Below, in pieces: positions 26,831 to 45,700 of a stretch of 64,000 nucleotides of DNA (position 1 is its first letter; every line of letters begins with the position of its first letter). The translations under genes and the position numbers were made by a program. The stretch lies in NCBI GenBank assembly GCA_009914755.4, contig CP086569.2:23040001-23104000 (forward strand). The letters are read 5' to 3'. The notes under the pieces were generated by a model. That model saw only the letters and a program-made list of their open reading frames with translations, was not told the origin of the DNA and made no database searches. Source of the stretch: the human T2T-CHM13v2.0 reference genome, Homo sapiens.

Positions 26831-28424
26831 ATTTACTGTATAAAACATATATGTGGGAGAATTATACACAAAATTCAGGATAATGATTACTTATGGAGAG
26901 AAAGAAGGAAGAAAGGATGGAGGTGTTGTACAGCCTTCAATACTCTCATAATATTTATTTATTTTTTATCTCCTTAGATTAAATGATATGGAAAAATGTT
27001 AACATTTAATTCCTGCATTATATTTAATAAACTCATATCTTAGTATGGAGCAGTCACTGTTATACATGCTTTACAAATATTACTTGATTTAATTTTAATG
27101 GTAAAGCCTAAGAGGTAGTATTACTATAATGCTCATTTCCTAGATCACAAGACTAAGGTAAAGAAAGTTTAAATGGCTTGCACAAATTCACATAGAGCTA
27201 GATTTGAAGCCAGGTATGTCTATTGTCTATTCATATGATGCCCTTTCTTACATGGCTCATTTCTTCAACATCTGCAGTACATGTGGATGGATATTTACAA
27301 TATGTTTTTTCATAGTTCGGGATTTTCTAAAAAGTATCATACATTTTAGAATCAAACATTTAAAATTTTGTTTTAAAATTTTGTTCAAAAGTTTTGTTTA
27401 AAAAATCAAACATTTAAAATTTAAAATCAAGGAAAATCTGCTTGCCGCTATTAGGTGACAAAAGGACCGTATATATGTAGAAAGCCAGCTGTTAGAAATA
27501 AGTCCCAACATAACAATAATTATTGATACAGCAAGAGCATTGGCATCTTGGACAAACACCACCACTTTAAATTCCATCTCCTTTTTTGGTCTCATGCATT
27601 TCAAGGAAATCACTTCTCTTCTGACTACAAGCAGCTAAAAAGAGCAGATAGTAAAACACAAATAAGACACCTCAGCACAGAGGTAGGTGAAGGGAAAGTC
27701 CCCTGAGTAACTGCCAAAATTCCCCTCATCCAGTGGGCCCCAGTAAAACACTGGGCCTTATTGGGCACATTCCTTTCCCTTCAGGTGCACTAAGATAGGG
27801 AAGCTAAAAGCAGACTGGGGGGATAAGCCTGCAGCTGCAGAAAGATGTATGGGAAGACACAAACTCTCCCTCCCAGACAAGCACAGCAAAGAGACACAGA
27901 AGCACTCCAAGCCTCTGATAAACTCTCCCACCCTGAATCTTCAAAAACTCTTAGTCCCTAAGAAAGTGTGCCTCTGACCTAACTCACCCAGAAGGCACCG
28001 TCTCAGGTTTGTTTTCTCTAAAATAAATCTGTCCTTACTGTTGAGCCACCCTTTTTGTGTTTCCTTCCTCTCTCTTTATTTCTTACAATCATAATAAATG
28101 TAAATGATCTAAACTCTCTCATTAAATATCAGCTAAATAATACTTAACAAGAGAGAAGCCTAATGCATCAAGCAAATGGGGATTGAAAATAAAAGGATAG
28201 AAAGAAATAAACTAGGTAAATACTAACCAATAGAAAGATGATATCTTTATATTAACTTTATAAAAAGCGAACTTTAATATAAGAAAATACATATTTTTAA
28301 GGATAGAGAAGGCCACTTTCTCATGGAAGTCTTTCTTCAACAGGAAGTTAGTTACCTAAAATGCATGTGCACCTAACAAAATAAGGACACATATATACTC
28401 AAGAAGGATAAAATTTCAGGGACA

Positions 28425-28452
28425 CACACACACACACAGATATATATATATA
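28425..28452. repeat. (CA)n(TA)n compound microsatellite
   Basis: cacacacacacacacagatatatatatata. Confidence 0.85.
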
Positions 28453-28904
28453 AATAAATCCACCCACATTGTAATTTTATGTGTCAGTTTGACTGGGCCA
28501 CAGTGCACCCAGATGTGTTGTCAAGCATTATTCTATTGTGTCTGTGAGGGTGTTTCTGGATGAGATTAACGTTTTAGTTAATGAGTAAAGAAAGATAAAA
28601 GACTTGGGTAGAACAAAAAGGATGAAATAAAGGGGAATTCTCCCAGCTTGACTGTATTTGAGCTAGGGCTTTGAATTTTTCTGCCTTTAGATTCAAATTA
28701 AAACCTTGGCTCTTCCCAGACCTAAAGGTTGTAAGCCTTCAAACTGGAAACACACCACTGACCATCCTGGGTCTCTGGACTTTGGACTCAGACTACAACT
28801 ATACTATCAATCCTCCTCGGTCTCCAAAATGCCAACTGTATTTTTTAGAACTTGTCCACATTCATAATTGCAGGAACCAACTTTTATAATCGATTTCCTT
28901 CTCC

Positions 28905-29000
28905 ACATATTTTTTGTGTGTATATATGTATGTGCGTGTGTGTGTGTACACACACATACATATTTGTGAGCATCTGTGTGCACACACACATAGATATGTG
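28905..29000. repeat. (TG)n/(CA)n-rich compound low-complexity
   Basis: tgtgtgtatatatgtatgtgcgtgtgtgtgtgtacacacacatacatatttgtgagcatctgtgtgcacacacacatag. Confidence 0.8.
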
Positions 29001-32000
29001 CATCATATTTATTTCTGCTACTGCAGAGAATCCAGAATAATACAACCCCCAAAATGGGTGATTTCAATAAAAATTTATTGGCGATAGGTCACATTTACAA
29101 GAAACATTAACAAGTTTTAAAAAATTAAACGTTCTAATAGATACATGTCAACTTCTAAGTACTATAATTAGATAAAAACTATATTCTCAAACACAAATGA
29201 AACTTCACTATTATCATTTTACATTTGGTAACAAGATGGGATGTAAGCAAGTCTTAACAAATGTCAAATAAGCAGCATCATAAACACAAGTTCTTTGACC
29301 TCATGCAATTAGGTTGAAGTCAATTACAAATGATTCGTTCAGTCACTGCTTATTGGAAAAATGAAAAAAAAAAACACAAGAAAGCAGTTCTCACGAATCT
29401 TTTGGATATATACATCAAACAAAAATAAAAATAAAATATTCAAATATACTAGCATATGTATAGAAAGATATCTGTGTAAAATCTTACTGTGTTATTTTTT
29501 GTTACAGCAAAAGCCTTGAGATGACATAATTGTTCATTATGAAATAAGAAATTTCTTTAGTACGATATTTTGCCTCCAGAAGATGGTATGCGATAGCCAT
29601 TAGTGTTATTAAAGAGAACAAAGTTGCTCTTTGTTGATAAAATAGTATTAGGATAAATAAGGTAGGTACAGAATAGCACATAGAATATACACTGATTTTA
29701 ACTTAAAAAATTATATGTTTTAATATATTTCCAAGAAATTGAACAAACTTCTATTAGGGACAACTTCAGAATGGAGAATTATACATCTGGGCTCACGTAC
29801 TCTGTGTTATTGTCTTAAGTTTTTTTCCTTTCATATCCTCTATGCATTTACAACTTAAAAATACTACTAAAATGTAGAATGAATCAAAGAACCCTAGCCT
29901 AAAAATAAGTCTTCTTAAATGTTGCCAAACGGCTTTCAGATCCTTCCGCGAGTGATTTTTTTCCTTTGATTTTAGCACTGGCATGTGCATTGGCATACTC
30001 TTCAATAGAATCCATCCTCATGAACGTATACCATATGATGTCATCAGTAAATTAATGTGAAAAGGAGAATTGGATTTTCAAACCATAATTCTCTGGACTA
30101 AAGACACTGGGTGCCAGCGAAAGGAAAGGAGACACCTGGAAAGAAGAAGGTAAGCTAAAGATACTGATACTTCCTAGGTCTGACAACAAAATTTCAGCTT
30201 GAGACTTCATTGAATGATCTTAAAACTTTTGAAAGATTTCCTACAGTCCCTATTTCTTCAGATAAGAGTGTCAAGCTCTGCAATATTCTTCATTGTAATA
30301 CCTTGTCTGAAGGGAAAAATGATTGAGATTCTGGGGAAAGTGAATAGAGAACTCTGATGAAAGCCATGGTTAACATAGGCCTCAAACTTAAAAGCATCAA
30401 GTTTACATAAATATAATTTTCTTAAAAGCCAGCATAATTTTAATTTTATTGTAGTCATGATGGTCAGACATTGTTTATTTTGGAGAAGTGATTACAGAAA
30501 TCTGAAAAATCAAGGCCTGATGAGAATACTTAAATTAAGCATACTCCAGAAGCCCAAATCTGAAAAGCAAAGGTGTTTCTGATGTAACAGCCCAAAGTCT
30601 GCATTTCTTCTCTATTGGGCAGTGTAATATTGCCCATATGAAAAATAAATGGAGTGTTAAATAAAAAGTAATGAGATTAAGAGGAGTCATTGCTTAGTGA
30701 GTTAAAGCAACACACAAATACATTGAGAAGAAAAGGAAGGCAGTGATAGAAAGCATACTATTGATTTAATTCAGAATAATTTTCAATTTTGCCTATTACC
30801 ATTAAATAGTACCATTACAATAATATAATTGTGTATCTTGACTTCCAACATGTGAGTGGTTTTTATTTTGTATATTTGGAAACCTGATCAAGGTTCTCTA
30901 GACATTTCATTTTTTCCCAAATTTCCTAGCTAATAGCTAGCTAAACTCTGGTTGCCTGAATACCTCTCACTAAGTAGTTTGTCTTTTCCTATTAATTTTA
31001 ATATGAACTTGGTGTGTATTTTGTTGGCATCTTTCCTAAATCTACAGGTGTTGAAGTTGTTCAGATCTCAGTCATGGATCCTCTTGGGTTTTCCCAAGGC
31101 TAAAACACCCTTTCTATGCTGACCATTAAGAAATTCCCAACTTCAGGCCAGATCTTTGTTCTACCTTCAGACTTGGCATATCCAACTTCATGCCTTACAT
31201 CTCCACATACCAAAACCAGACCTTCATTTTATGGTCAAAACATGTTTCCTCCTACAGTATTCCACTATTTCAGAAATTCACAGCACCAAATACCCTGTAT
31301 TTCAAGCTAGAAATGTAGAGGATGATCTTTGAGGCAGCCTTTCCTCAATGACTCTTCATCCGTCACATCCAACACCTCACAGGTTGTGTGTCCTCTCCAG
31401 GAATTATATATAGGGTCTTAGTAAATAAAGACTGGCCGTTAAACAACCTTCAATCATCCATTTTTTTTTCAGTTCACGTCGGTTTCTTTACAGAACAACT
31501 GGAGTTCTGCAAAGTCAATGTTGGAGTAAGTACCATTCTCTGCCAGTATTACTATTTTCTTTATCATGAGATATATGTTCCTTAAAAATGCCCACATGAA
31601 GCTATGCTAAGTAACAAAGTTAAATGATGTCTTTGTTTTATAGAATAATACAAGACAAATAGAATCAATTGTTATTATATGATCTTTGTAAGTACATACA
31701 CAGGTACTAGATATTTTAGACCCCACTTCATACATCTGAAATTTGGGTCTCAAAATAGTTAGCTTATCTTAAAGTCTAATGTCAGATTACAGAACTACCT
31801 CTTTCCACAATATTGTGCTATCTCCCTTTAAGAACCAGCTGGTGAATCATTAAGAACAAAAAATGTCCTTTTCTTGAACATCTCCACGGTGAGCCAAATA
31901 TATAAATTTTCTGTGGAGATGTTGTCATGGGCAATTTCACCAAAACTTTTACAAATTTAACCACAGTTATGCTTCAGTGGCATAACTGTTTATCCAATAC

Positions 32001-35000
32001 CTGCACACCTGCTTTAATACGGAAAAATTTGGAAGTTAATACAAATATTAACTCCTATCATTATAGACATGACATCTGAAGACACTTTCCAATATTCCAT
32101 GAATATGTGTAATTCATATCTCAGTACAGTCTCCCACATGTCAATGTAATCTTAGTAGCAGTGGATCATTTACAGAAGGCAATTTTGCCACAGTGGTCAA
32201 ATATTTTTGTTAAATACTGCTATTTTAGAGTTATCGATAGCATTAACTGACACACAGTGTAAGCTAGAACCATGTTTCTAAAGAAAATGTTCAGAAATAG
32301 GTTTCTTACTTTTTGCTAAATTGCTAACAGGTTAATTACTCCTGTGAAGTGCTAGATAGTTGGAGTAGCATTTACCAAGAAAGAGAAAGAAGACGGGGCA
32401 TATGACTTGAGAAGGTGGGAGTGAGGAAAAGATAAGGTATTTATTCCAGACTCCTTATTTGGAGTTCTTTGTTTGATTCTTTTCTTTTTGTTGCTGTTGT
32501 TATTGTCTTACTTTATGTTATGTGTCAGACCAGAGTTTCACAAACATCCCCAAATAATTACATGGGTCATAAAAATATATCCAGATACTTCTCATTATTT
32601 TCCATCAAAATCCTGGTTCAATAATTTGAAATAAGACCTGGAGAACCAACAATTCTCACGAGTATGCTAAGTGATTGTTACCAAAATGACAATTGTGAAA
32701 TATTTAGAAAACCAGGGAGGAGGTAGGTAATCAACATTTAATAATTGGTTCTTGCTGTAAGGGTAAAGGATTTTATTGAAATGACTATTTAAATTCAAGT
32801 TTTATGAAAAAAATAGAATGGAGCACTTTAGTGCTTTCTAATAAGCATCTGTAAAGTATGTTTTGCTAAACTGGCAAAATTATTTTTTCATTAGAGGTTA
32901 GCATTATGGCCACAAATGACTTCTGAAATAGCTTTTTGAAAATATTCAGATCATAAATTATAAAAATTATCTTGGGGGTTTATAAAATTCCAGAAATTCA
33001 CTAAGAAAAATATACATAAAAACACCAGTATCCAAAAAAATCAAAATAACACTTACAAATAGACAAGAAAATATAAAGACAATCTAGCCGAGTAAAAGAA
33101 AGCAGGACAGGTAAATGGATACATTTTAGAAAAGAGAAATGTCAAATGACCAGTGAAAAATGGCTAGATGCTTGAGCTCATTAGTAATCCAGGGATATAA
33201 ATCAAAACCACATTATGTTCCAACTTTTGTTCATTAGCTTGGCAACTATTAAATTAATAATACCGAGTGTAGTCAAAGGTGTAAGGAATGGTAATTTGGT
33301 TCCATCAATCACAGGACTATCTAATGATATTTAGTAAAATTAGAGTGACTAAAACTTTTGTTGTTCCAGTGGAAACTTTTTTTAGAATAAAGAGTAGTAA
33401 CATATACAAAATTATTTACTATTTATTACATTTTTCCTTACAGTCAATTTTTTTATTGTATTGATGGATCTATGAAATAGTTATCTTCCAACTGTTTTTG
33501 AAAATGAAATCCCTTCAAAAATTGAAAACCACAAATACATATCTTGAAGCAAAATAGAAAAATAACTTATTTACATTTATTATTTAAATATTAAAAACAG
33601 TAGGCAGAATAATTATACTAGAACATATTTATATGAATTAATCTTTTTCTTAAAATAATTATCTGTAGTTCTTTTCTGGAAAATGCATTTGTTTTAGTAT
33701 TATGTTGATTTTTAAATAAAGTTACTTGTCATCTTTTGCAAAGTTGCTGCTTCTTGTCATCAATAAAAGTTATCAACAATGTTTAGCTTTTCAAGTGAAC
33801 TTTAAAAAAAATTTATCATACTGTTCAATTTTTTTTCTGGCACAATAATATTTCCACAGCTTTATTTTGGTCCCAATGATTGATTAAAAATTCAAACCGC
33901 TTTTTAATCCAACTTTCTGTTTGAAACATCTAAATGGCATTGTTCAACTCTTGGAATTTCTTCTGTAGCTTATGGAGCTTACATACTAACAATTGCTGAT
34001 GCATATTTCTTAAGTGCAGAAAAATTAGAATTTAAAATGTACACAATTGATTTTAAAAAATAGTAATTTGATGTAAATAAAAAGCCAGGCATCTCAGAAT
34101 TATATGCTTAATTTTTCCAAATTCACATATTAATGTCATCTTCAGGCATAGTTTTCTTAATGTAACTAAGTATTACCTTCTGAAATAGCAGCTGATTTTT
34201 CCCCTCAGCCTTCTGTATTCTGGATTTCAGGATATCACTTTTAGCCTTATGGTGCCAACATGGACTACAAGGCTCTATGATGACACCATGTATTTATTGG
34301 CACTTTTAAACCCATAATTTGATTGAAAGGGAAGTTGAGGAGTTTTTGATTAAATATCTACTTGCATTTTTAGGTCATTGCTGCTGAAACAGATTTTTTT
34401 AAAAATAGTCATTAGCAAGCAACCCATAAATAAATAGTTGTAGGTATGTGAAAGATGACAAAACCACTGTGGCCAGACAAATTAACTATGCTTTGTATGC
34501 TAAGCTTCTATTTCCAACACATAATTTACATATATGTAGCCTATTATTTCCTTCATTTTCCCCAAACCCACCATATGATGGTCTGGCAGTGTCATTTGAG
34601 TGAGCCACATAGAAAAAAATATATGTCAAATACTTCTTCCATCACCAGGCAAGACTGGAAGAAGCTAGCCATTCCTAACCAATACTGACTCAATGCATAC
34701 TGATTTATTATCAAACACTCTGCTGCATGCTGTCCTTGAAAATGAAGCATTATCTATATTTTGTATAAACTGTGTTAGGAAAATAAAGTTGATTTTCAGA
34801 CTTGTCCCCCTACTCAAGTCATCATTCTGTTAATATTTTATTTTCCTCACATACTGATAGAGCCCTGAGAATAGCTGTAATTGTTAAACAAAATGAACAT
34901 TTAACAAACACATGCTGGTTCTAATCAATGTAACTTATAATAATACTTCATTAAAAATGAAAAATCTAAGACATATGCTAAGCCGATTAGCATGGATGAA

Positions 35001-35904
35001 CAAGAGTAATTAAGCGGTAGCCCTGGGACTAATGAGAATATTTTATCCCCTCACAGTTAAAACTGTATGCACAATGCAGTCCAGCCATTCTTCTAGTATT
35101 TTCATTATAAACTCTCACACATGTGTACCCAGAGGCATAGGGGAGGTTTTTCACTGTAGCATTCCAATAAACACAACATGGAACATGATGGAATTCAGTA
35201 GACTGAGAACTATGCCATCAATAATGGCAGCTCTCAACAAGAATATTAACAAGAAAATGTGAAATGATACCACAGCTTATAATATTCACATAAACATTAG
35301 AAATGCAAAAAAACACCAGTATTGTTTAGAAATAAAGATTTTAATAAATTTATAAAAAAATGCAAAGGTAATACCACGTTCATGATTATGGTGCCCCTGG
35401 TAATGGAGTAAAGCAAATGAACCTGATGGGGTGTATTCCAATTGCAACTAGTGGTAATGTAAATAGAACAAGGAATGCATTAATAGCGGTTATTTTTAAG
35501 TGGGGTAAAAATGGTATTTATTATGTTATTTTGTATTTATATATATATTTTAATTTTACTGGAAAACAAAATAATTTTATAATGAACAATATTCCATACA
35601 AATTGGAATCACCTTATGAAGTAATTGCTTTAAAATTTCCCTGTGCCCATTGCCACTTTCAAGGACTTAAAAAATTAAAAATTGGAGAATGTGGTATCTT
35701 TAAAAAATATATATTTTACATTTATAAGTATGAAATAAAATGTATTACCAGCACATCACATTTGTTGACTTGTTATCCATGTAAAATCACGTAGCAGAAG
35801 AAGAAAGAATGACATAGGCAGAATTTGACCTATGTGTAGAGGAAATAATTGTATGTTTATTTAAAATATCGTCTTAAGACATAAAAGTGTCCAAGAAACA
35901 TAAC

Positions 35905-36296
35905 AAAAGTGCTCAACATCACTGATCATCAGAGAAATGCAAATCAAAATCAAAACAAGATATCATCTCATATCAGTCAGAATGACTGTTATTATTAAAA
36001 CACCAAAATAAAAAAATAACCAAGGTAGGCAAGGCTGCAGAGGAAAAAAAAATACTTATACACTGGTGGAGAGAATGTTCAGCCACTGTGGAAAGCAGTT
36101 TGGGGATTTCTAAAAGAACTAACAATTGAACTACCATTCCACCCAGCAATGCTCTTACTGTGTATATGCTCAAACGAAAATAAATCACGAAAGCTACCAA
36201 AAAGACACAAGAATTATCATATTCATCACCATAGCAAAGACATGGAATCAACCTAGGAGCACATCCATGGAGGATGGGATAAAGAAATTGTGGTAC
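35905..36296 (+). mobile_element. Older L1 (L1PB/L1M-like) 3' portion, left half; this is the host element into which the near full-length L1 inserted
   Basis: L1 ORF2 C-terminal and 3' sequence is readable in sense orientation (…cagagaaatgcaaatcaaaa…ccactgtggaaagcagtttgg…cccagcaatgctcttactg…catagcaaagacatggaatcaacctagg…aaagaaattgtggtac). It is more diverged than the neighbouring young element. Confidence 0.85.
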
Positions 36297-37205
36297 AAGG
36301 GGGAGGAGCCAAGATGGCCGAATAGGAACAGTTCCGGTCTACAGCTCCCAGCGTGAGCGATGCAGAAGACGGGTGATTTCTGCATTTCCATCTGAGGTAC
36401 TGGGTTCATCTCACTAGGGAGTGCCAGACAGTGGGCGCAGGTCAGTGGGTGCGCGCACCATGTGCGAGCCGAAGCAGGGCGAGGCATTGCCTCACTTGGG
36501 AAGCGCAAGGGGTCAGGGAGTTCCCTTTCTGAGTCAAAGAAAGAGGTGATGGACGGCACCTGGAAAATCGGGTCACTCCCACCCAAATACTGTGCTTTTC
36601 CGACGGGTTTAAAAAACGGCGCACCACAAGATTATATCCCGCACCTGGCTCGGAGGGTCCTGTGCCCACGGAGTCTCGCTGATTGCTAGCACAGCAGTCT
36701 GAGATCAAACTGCATGGCGGCAGCGAGGCTGGGGGAGGGGCGCCCGCCATTGCCCAGGCTTGCTTAGGTAAACAAAGCAGCCGGGAAGCTCGAACTGGGT
36801 GGAGCCCACCACAGCTCGAGGAGGCCTGCCTGCCTCTGTAGGCTCCACCTCTGGGGGCAGGGCACAGACAAACAAAAAGACAGCACTAACCTCTGCAGAC
36901 TTAAATGTCCCTCTCTGACAGCTTTGAAGAGAGCAGTGGTTCTCCCAGCACGCAGCTGGAGATCTGAGAACAGGCAGACTGCCTCCTCAAGTGGGTCCCT
37001 GACCCCTGACCCCTGAGCAGCCTAACTGGGAGGCACCCCCCAGCAGGGGCACACTGACACCTCACATGGCAGGGTACTCCAACAGACCTGCAGCTGAGGG
37101 TCCTCTCTGTTAGAAGGAAAACTAACAAACAGAAAGGACATCCACACCAAAAACCCATCTGTACATCACCATCATCAAAGACCAAAAGTAGATAAAACCA
37201 CAAAG

Positions 37206-38222
37206 ATGGGGAAAAAACAGAACAGAAAAACTGGAAACTCTAAAACGCAGAGCGCCTCTCCTCCTCCAAAGGAACGCAGTTCCTCACCAGCAACAGAACA
37301 AAGCTGGATGGAGAATGACTTTGACGAGCTGAGAGAAGAAGGCTTCAGACGATCAAATTACTCTGAGCTACGGGAGGACATTCAAACCAAAGGCAAAGAA
37401 GTTGAAAACTTTGAAAAAAATTTAGAAGAATGTATAACTAGAATAACCAATACAGAGAAGTGCTTAAAGGAGCTGATGGAGCTGAAAACCAAGGTTCGAG
37501 AACTATGTGAAGAATGCAGAAGCCTCAGGAGCCAATGCGATCAACTGGAAGAAAGGATATCAGTGATGGAAGATGAAATGAATGAAATGAAGCGAGAAGG
37601 GAAGTTTAGAGAAAAAACAATAAAAAGAAATGAGCAAAGCCTTCACGAAATATGGTACTATGTGAAAAGACCAAATCTACGTCTGATTGGTGTACCTGAA
37701 AGTGATGGGGAGAATGGAACCAAGTTGGAAAACACTCTGCAGGATATTATCCAGGAGAACTTCCCCAATCTAGCAAGGCAGGCCAACGTTCAGATTCAGG
37801 AAATACAGAGGACACCACAAAGATACTCCTCGAGAAGAGCAACTCCAAGACACATAATTGTCAGATTCACCAAAGTTGAAATGAAGGAAAAAATGTTAAG
37901 GGCAGCCAGAGAGAAAGGTCCGGTTACCCTCAAAGGGAAGCCCATCAGACTAACAGTGGATCTCTCGGCAGAAACTCTACAAGCCAGAAGAGAGTGGGGG
38001 CCAATATTCAACATTCTTAAAGAAAAGAATTTTCAACCCAGAATTTCATATCCAGCCAAACTAAGCTTCATAAGTGAAGGAGCAATAAAATACTTGACAG
38101 AGATGCAAATGCTGAGACATTTTGTCACCACCAGGCCTGCCTTACAAGAGCTCCTGAAGGAAGCACTAAACATGGAAAGGAACAACTGGTACCAGCTGCT
38201 GCAAAATCATGCCAAAATGTAA
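37206..38222 (+). CDS. L1 ORF1p (RNA-binding chaperone), intact 338-aa ORF
   Basis: The uninterrupted translation MGKKQNRKTGNSKTQSASPPPKERSSSPATEQSWMENDFDELREEGFRRSNYSELREDIQTKGKEVENFEKNL…NNWYQLLQNHAKM has the same length as L1HS ORF1p and matches it closely, with scattered substitutions. Coiled-coil, RRM and CTD regions are all present. Confidence 0.9.
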   Translation: MGKKQNRKTGNSKTQSASPPPKERSSSPATEQSWMENDFDELREEGFRRSNYSELREDIQTKGKEVENFEKNLEECITRITNTEKCLKELMELKTKVRELCEECRSLRSQCDQLEERISVMEDEMNEMKREGKFREKTIKRNEQSLHEIWYYVKRPNLRLIGVPESDGENGTKLENTLQDIIQENFPNLARQANVQIQEIQRTPQRYSSRRATPRHIIVRFTKVEMKEKMLRAAREKGPVTLKGKPIRLTVDLSAETLQARREWGPIFNILKEKNFQPRISYPAKLSFISEGAIKYLTEMQMLRHFVTTRPALQELLKEALNMERNNWYQLLQNHAKM

Positions 38223-38285
38223 AGACCATCAAGACTAGGAAGAAACTGCATCAACTAACGAGCAAAATAACCAGCTAACATCATA

Positions 38286-42113
<3,828 letters not shown>

Positions 42114-42424
42114 ACAATGAGATCACATGGACACAGGAAGGGGAATATCACACTCTGGGGACTGTTGTGGGGTGGTGGGAGGGGGAAGGGATAGCATCGG
42201 GAGACATACCTAATGCTAGATGACGAGTTAGTGGGTGCAGCGCATCAGCATGGCACATGTAGACATATGTAACTAACCTGCACAATGTGCACATGTACCC
42301 TAAAACTTAAAGTATAATAAAATAAAGACAAAAAATAAAATAAAATAAAATAAAATAAAATAAAATAAAATAAAATAAAATAAAATAAAATAACTAAAAA
42401 AAAAAAAAAAAGAAATTTTGGTAC

Positions 42425-42795
42425 ATATGAACCTGGAATAGAGTACAGCCAAAAAAGGAACAAAATCATGTCCTTTGCAACAATGTGGATGCAGCTGGAG
42501 GTCATTAACCTGAACATATTAATGCAGAAACAGAAAATCAAATATTGAATATTCTCATAAATAGGAGCTAAAACTTGGGTGCACATAGAAATAAAGATGA
42601 GAACAATAGACACTGGAGTCTTCAATGGAGGGACAGAAGCAGAGGGTCAGGGGCTGTAAACCTTCCTATTGGGTACTAGGTTCACTATCTGGGTGATGGA
42701 ATCAATAGAAGTCTAAACGTCAGCATCATGCAATAGACCTTTGTAACAAGCCTGCACATGTACTCTCTGAATCTATAATAAAAATGGAAATAAAA
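42425..42795 (+). mobile_element. Older L1 3' portion, right half (continuation of 35905-36296 after the nested young L1)
   Basis: 'gtacatatgaacctggaatagagtacagccaaaaaaggaacaaaatcatgtcctttgcaacaatgtggatgcagctggaggtcattaacctgaac…gggtgcacatagaaataaagatgagaacaatagacactggag…ctgcacatgtactctctgaatctataataaaaa' is the old-L1 3' end. It continues exactly from where the left half stops. Confidence 0.85.
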
Positions 42796-45700
42796 AATAA
42801 AATTAAAATATTATTAAAGGAAATGATAAATTACATTTTAGAATTGACATGATTGCAGTCATACATGGTTGAAACATGATGGTAAAATCTATATAAGCTT
42901 TATGGGAACAGTGAATAGTCTCCTGACTGTCTTTAAAAGTATAAAAGATGGGATAGCTACCTTTATGCAAATTAACTAGACTTCAGTTGCACTAATTAAG
43001 AGAGCAACAGCTGAGTCAATTAAACGATGATAGCCAAGTTGTAAGTGATGTCGAAATTCTACCTTATTATATATTGACTTAGGAAATCATATCCCAACTT
43101 TTCTTCTATTTTGAGAAACATCACTTTACTAATATATAGAACAAAGATTGATTTTGCAGATTTGCATGGTTTCAGTAGAGCATATTTCATCTTCAAATAT
43201 GATAAGCACTTCCCAATCCATAAAACACTGTTAGAAAAAAACTCTCAATCAGGCTGGACACACATTTCAAAGAGCCTGTGAGTTTGCAAATCACGTATGC
43301 CTCACTCCCATCTTACCATGATAATGCATAGCAATTACATAGTGTTTCTTAGCTTGAAAGAGCCTAGGAACTTTAATTAATCCTTAGACTACCCAGTGAG
43401 AGAGTGATGAGAAATCCCTTGAAGAGATCATTTAACTATATAATTCACACTTACTTAAATGTAATTCAGCTTGTATGTCATGTTGTGTTTTCCTAGCTTT
43501 CTATTTCAATCTTCAGAGAAATAATATTTATCTGTGAATATATGATGCATAGGCATCTATTATGAATAAAACTGTATAGACTGCACTCTGCCACTAAAAG
43601 GTAACAGATACATGTACAGCCAACACATAAAAAACATCTTGTACATTCTGCTGTATTTTCTTTTCTTATTCATTTCATATCTTACTTTCAGTTATTTCAG
43701 AGTGGACTTGTTAGATTTGAATAGGCTAAAACTTATTAAAGAGGAATATACAATTCTCTTATTAATATTTATAATTACTTTAGTTTTTTGGAAATTGTAT
43801 TAAAATTAAATTTCTATAATTATGCTGCATGTAAAAGAATATCACATGTAAATGCTTCACCCAAATGAAAGAATATTTAATATTCAATTTAGAATTCTCT
43901 GTAGTAGGATTTCCTTCTCTTCAGGTAGCTGGCTACTGGGGCCTACCAAAACCAATCTATTTCTGCAGTAAAGGCAAACAATGAGTTACTCAGGAAAGAA
44001 CTCTTTCAGTCTGCAAAGTATAATACATCTTTTCCCTGAGCAGAATAAATTCTTATCCAGTTTTACTGTTCAACTAAAAATTCAATTGAAGTTCATCATT
44101 TTCTTTTTTATTACAAAGAAAATCTGGTTAATTTCTAATTATTTGTACTAAATCTATTCTCTATAACTACCTAAAATTACATAGACATACACACATGCAT
44201 ACAAAAGAAACAGTACAACTGGAAGACCAAATAATCTGTACACGTGATCTGTTTAAAAAAAAAACTTTCTATTCTACAATTTTCATTATAGGTTATAGTT
44301 GTAATTCAATCAATGGCCTATTTTAAATGAGTGTCTAAGACATCACTGGAGAAAGTATGTACAATGCAAGCAACATTTCCCTATGTAGACACTTTATTTG
44401 TAAATATATTTATACTGCAGAGTTAAAATGGTTAACTTTGTTGTCAAAGACTGATAATGGCTAAAGTTTTGTTTCTTAATATATGTATTCGATTTGTTGT
44501 TTGGTATCCTATAAACCTTTTATGCTATATCTAAGACTTAAAATGTATTAAACATTGTATGTTGGTCTTTATTGGAAGTCAGGTGGGGGGAACCCATGCA
44601 GTTGCTGCCTGGAGGATCTTATCTAACAAAAGAAGTCAATAACAGGCAGCTGAGTGGGCAGTGGTCCAGTGCCAGGTTTTTAGCTGAGACATGAATAAGT
44701 TTCTCAGGAATTCTCAGAAATATTTAAGGGATATGAAACTGGTTTACCAATGATCTTTAAAAAAAATCAGCTAAAGAATATCCTATAGTGTCCTGAGGAG
44801 AAAAATGAGCAAGGCAAATAATTTGAGATGGGAAACATACTAGTTGATTGCAGGAGAACAGAAAATCTCAAGCAGCAGTTTCACATGACTAGCAAAAACA
44901 CACCGTTAACGTAGCTGCATAAACTAGAAGTTGATAAGACTCCGAAAAACCAGAGTGTAGGCAAAGCTGGTTAGCAACAAGTGAACCCAACATGGTGTTG
45001 GCTTTGAGCTACGTTTCACCTTGGAGAAAATGGCAAAAAAATATACTGCTACTACCAAGCACCTCTGCTACTACCATGCAGCAGAGCAACTGATCAAAGG
45101 CAGCAATTGTCTAACTATGGCTGGTTCACATGTGAAAACTAGAAATCCCTGTTTGTTTAATTCATATTTACTCTTTCTGTTATATGAAGTAAAAAAAATT
45201 CCTTACTGACACAGTGCTTCATTTTTCTTCCTTATTCTCCACCATTTATTTTCTTCTCACATTAGTTATAGTTTGTAACTTATTTTGTCAAATATATGCT
45301 TTGCGGTAACATTGCAGTATTGCAGAAAACACACTGCATTGGAAACAGACTCATATTGAAACGGGAAAACGTCCCTTATCCCCTGCTGCCAAGAGAGCAA
45401 TGAGGACAGGTTGTGGGGCTCAGATCCCACGCAACATCTAAGGGTGAATGTTTTCAGCTTCTGACTCCCCAGTGGGCATGTGTTACAAGGTGATAATTTA
45501 GTTTATCAATCTGTAGGCGGCTTGTGTTAGCTCAATTAGGCACCCTGCCTTACTGCAAAGACAGTGGGCTTTCTGGATCTCAGGGTTTCCTGCCTTGGTG
45601 TACCTGAAAAATTGGCTCACACATGGGCTTGGAGAATAAATGCAAGGTTTCATTGAGTGGAAGTTGTCAGCAGATGAATGGGGAGCCAGAAGGGAGATGG

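Noticed and set aside
35417-35794. 125-aa + ORF in AT-rich unique DNA
   Set aside because: It is an AT-rich, Ile/Lys/Asn/Tyr-rich low-complexity ORF with no homology and no splice signals. This is the expected chance ORF length in AT-rich sequence with few GC-containing stop contexts.
36300-37205. GC-rich ORFs inside the L1 5'UTR (36248-36586 -, 36442-36750 -, 36462-36689 +)
   Set aside because: They are embedded in the canonical L1 5'UTR and are overlapping multi-frame ORFs. The L1 ORF0/antisense region does exist, but these translations do not match it convincingly and I cannot verify from memory.
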